Sequence record: MT912505.1
Reading direction: 5' to 3' (one strand)
Source of the DNA: a phage
DNA length: 1,020 bases
Notes under the pieces: generated by a model
What the model was told of the DNA's origin: nothing
Databases searched by the model: none
What the model saw: the letters and a program-made list of their open reading frames with translations, nothing else
Position numbers and translations under genes: made by a program
In this document: piece by piece, positions 1 to 1,020 of the stretch
How positions within the stretch are numbered: the stretch's first letter is position 1
Layout: every line of letters starts with the position of its first letter

Positions 1-1020
1 ATGTCTAAACGTAAACCTCGTAAACAGGTTGCTATGACTGCTTCTGCTCCTCAGAAAATGGAGGCTTTTACTTTTGGTGAGCCTGTTCCTGTTCTTGATA
101 AACGTGATATTCTTGATTATGTTGAGTGCATTTCTAATGGTAAATGGTATGAGCCTCCTGTTTCTTTTTCTGGTCTTGCTAAATCTCTTCGTTCTGCTGT
201 TCATCATTCTTCTCCTATTTATGTTAAACGTAATGTTCTTGCTTCTACTTATATTCCTCATCCTCTTCTTTCTCGTCAGGATTTTTCTCGTTTTGCTCTT
301 GATTATCTTGTTTTTGGTAATGCTTTTCTTGAGCAGCGTCATTCTGTTACTGGTCAGCTTATTAAACTTCTTGCTTCTCCTGCTAAATATACTCGTCGTG
401 GTGTTGATGATTCTGTTTTTTGGTTTGTTGAGAATTTTACTCTTCCTCATGAGTTTGCTCCTGATACTGTTTTTCATCTTCTTGAGCCTGATATTAATCA
501 GGAGATTTATGGTCTTCCTGAGTATCTTTCTGCTCTTAATTCTGCTTGGCTTAATGAGTCTGCTACTCTTTTTCGTCGTAAATATTATCAGAATGGTGCT
601 CATGCTGGTTATATTATGTATGTTACTGATCCTGCTCAGTCTGCTACTGATGTTGAGTCTCTTCGTGAGGCTATGCGTAATTCTAAAGGTCTTGGTAATT
701 TTAAAAATCTTTTTTTTTATGCTCCTAATGGTAAACCTGATGGTATTAAAATTGTTCCTCTTTCTGAGGTTGCTACTAAAGATGATTTTTTTAATATTAA
801 AAAAGCTTCTGCTGCTGATCTTATGGATGCTCATCGTGTTCCTTTTCAGCTTATGGGTGGTAAACCTGAGAATATTGGTTCTCTTGGTGATGTTGAGAAA
901 GTTGCTAAAGTTTTTGTTCGTAATGATCTTTCTCCTCTTCAGGATCGTTTTCGTGAGGTTAATGATTGGCTTGGTATGGAGGTTATTCGTTTTAAAGAGT
1001 ATACTCTTGATAATCCTGAG
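1..1020 (+). CDS. Partial CDS (3' end not in window), 340 codons; putative phage portal-vertex protein (P2 GpQ-like, tentative); encoded in artificial one-codon-per-amino-acid form
   Basis: Seen in sequence: ATG at 1-3 and frame 1 open for all 340 codons to the last base; frame 2 hits a stop at 35-37 (tga). Translation begins MSKRKPRKQVAMTASAPQKMEAFTFGEPVPVLDKRDILDYVECISNGKWYEPPVSF and ends EVIRFKEYTLDNPE. Product assignment rests on recalled similarity to P2-family portal proteins and a size of about 340 aa or more; no search was run. Confidence is for the ORF; the product call alone is about 0.45. Confidence 0.8.
   Translation, partial: MSKRKPRKQVAMTASAPQKMEAFTFGEPVPVLDKRDILDYVECISNGKWYEPPVSFSGLAKSLRSAVHHSSPIYVKRNVLASTYIPHPLLSRQDFSRFALDYLVFGNAFLEQRHSVTGQLIKLLASPAKYTRRGVDDSVFWFVENFTLPHEFAPDTVFHLLEPDINQEIYGLPEYLSALNSAWLNESATLFRRKYYQNGAHAGYIMYVTDPAQSATDVESLREAMRNSKGLGNFKNLFFYAPNGKPDGIKIVPLSEVATKDDFFNIKKASAADLMDAHRVPFQLMGGKPENIGSLGDVEKVAKVFVRNDLSPLQDRFREVNDWLGMEVIRFKEYTLDNPE

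Noticed and set aside
7-27. KRKPRK basic cluster resembling a nuclear-localisation-type signal
   Set aside because: In a probable phage structural protein this is more plausibly a nucleic-acid-contacting or simply variable N-terminal tail; the composition alone does not support a targeting function.
710-718. Run of nine T residues that could look like the U-tract of a rho-independent terminator
   Set aside because: It is produced by the in-frame codons ctt ttt ttt tat (Leu-Phe-Phe-Tyr), has no GC-rich stem-loop immediately upstream, and lies inside the ORF of a back-translated sequence.
787-804. AT-rich block (tttttt aatatt aaaaaa) resembling a promoter -10 or UP element
   Set aside because: It is the direct back-translation of Phe-Phe-Asn-Ile-Lys-Lys; with a fixed codon table such motifs arise by chance and have no regulatory meaning.
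799-805. aaaaaag heptamer resembling the A-AAA-AAG programmed -1 frameshift slippery site
   Set aside because: The zero-frame codons are aaa aaa gct, so the heptamer is not in the required X-XXY-YYZ register; there is no downstream structure, and the sequence is artificial.
1-1020. Numerous short recurring hexamers and nonamers (for example cttcct, tctgct) with 3-nt periodicity that a repeat finder might flag as tandem or dispersed repeats
   Set aside because: They follow from a 20-codon vocabulary; they are neither CRISPR repeats nor mobile-element repeats.
1-1020. Possible genes on the reverse strand or in + frames 2 and 3
   Set aside because: Frame 2 reaches a stop by nt 35-37, and reverse-complement stop triplets (tta, cta, tca on the + strand) are frequent throughout; I did not enumerate every frame, but no long alternative ORF is apparent and none is expected in a back-translated CDS.
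1-1020. Strong T-richness and strand compositional skew as evidence of unusual genome origin or horizontal transfer
   Set aside because: The skew is set by the back-translation table (14 of the 20 codons used end in T), not by the source genome, so compositional inference is invalid.

Overview
The window is a single uninterrupted + strand open reading frame in frame 1 (nt 1-1020, 340 codons, ATG at nt 1, no stop codon before the window ends). Its most striking property is that it is not natural-looking DNA: every amino acid is encoded by exactly one codon throughout (20 distinct sense codons in 340 codons, 14 of them T-ending). That is the signature of a protein sequence mechanically back-translated with a fixed codon table, or a synthetic recoded gene. 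Nucleotide-level signals such as promoters, terminators, repeats, codon bias and GC skew therefore carry no independent biological information here; only the encoded protein does. From memory, not from a search, the protein resembles portal-vertex proteins of P2-like tailed phages, so the underlying biology is most likely a phage or prophage structural gene. I find no support for a novel multi-gene system in this window: it is one partial gene with no flanking context.
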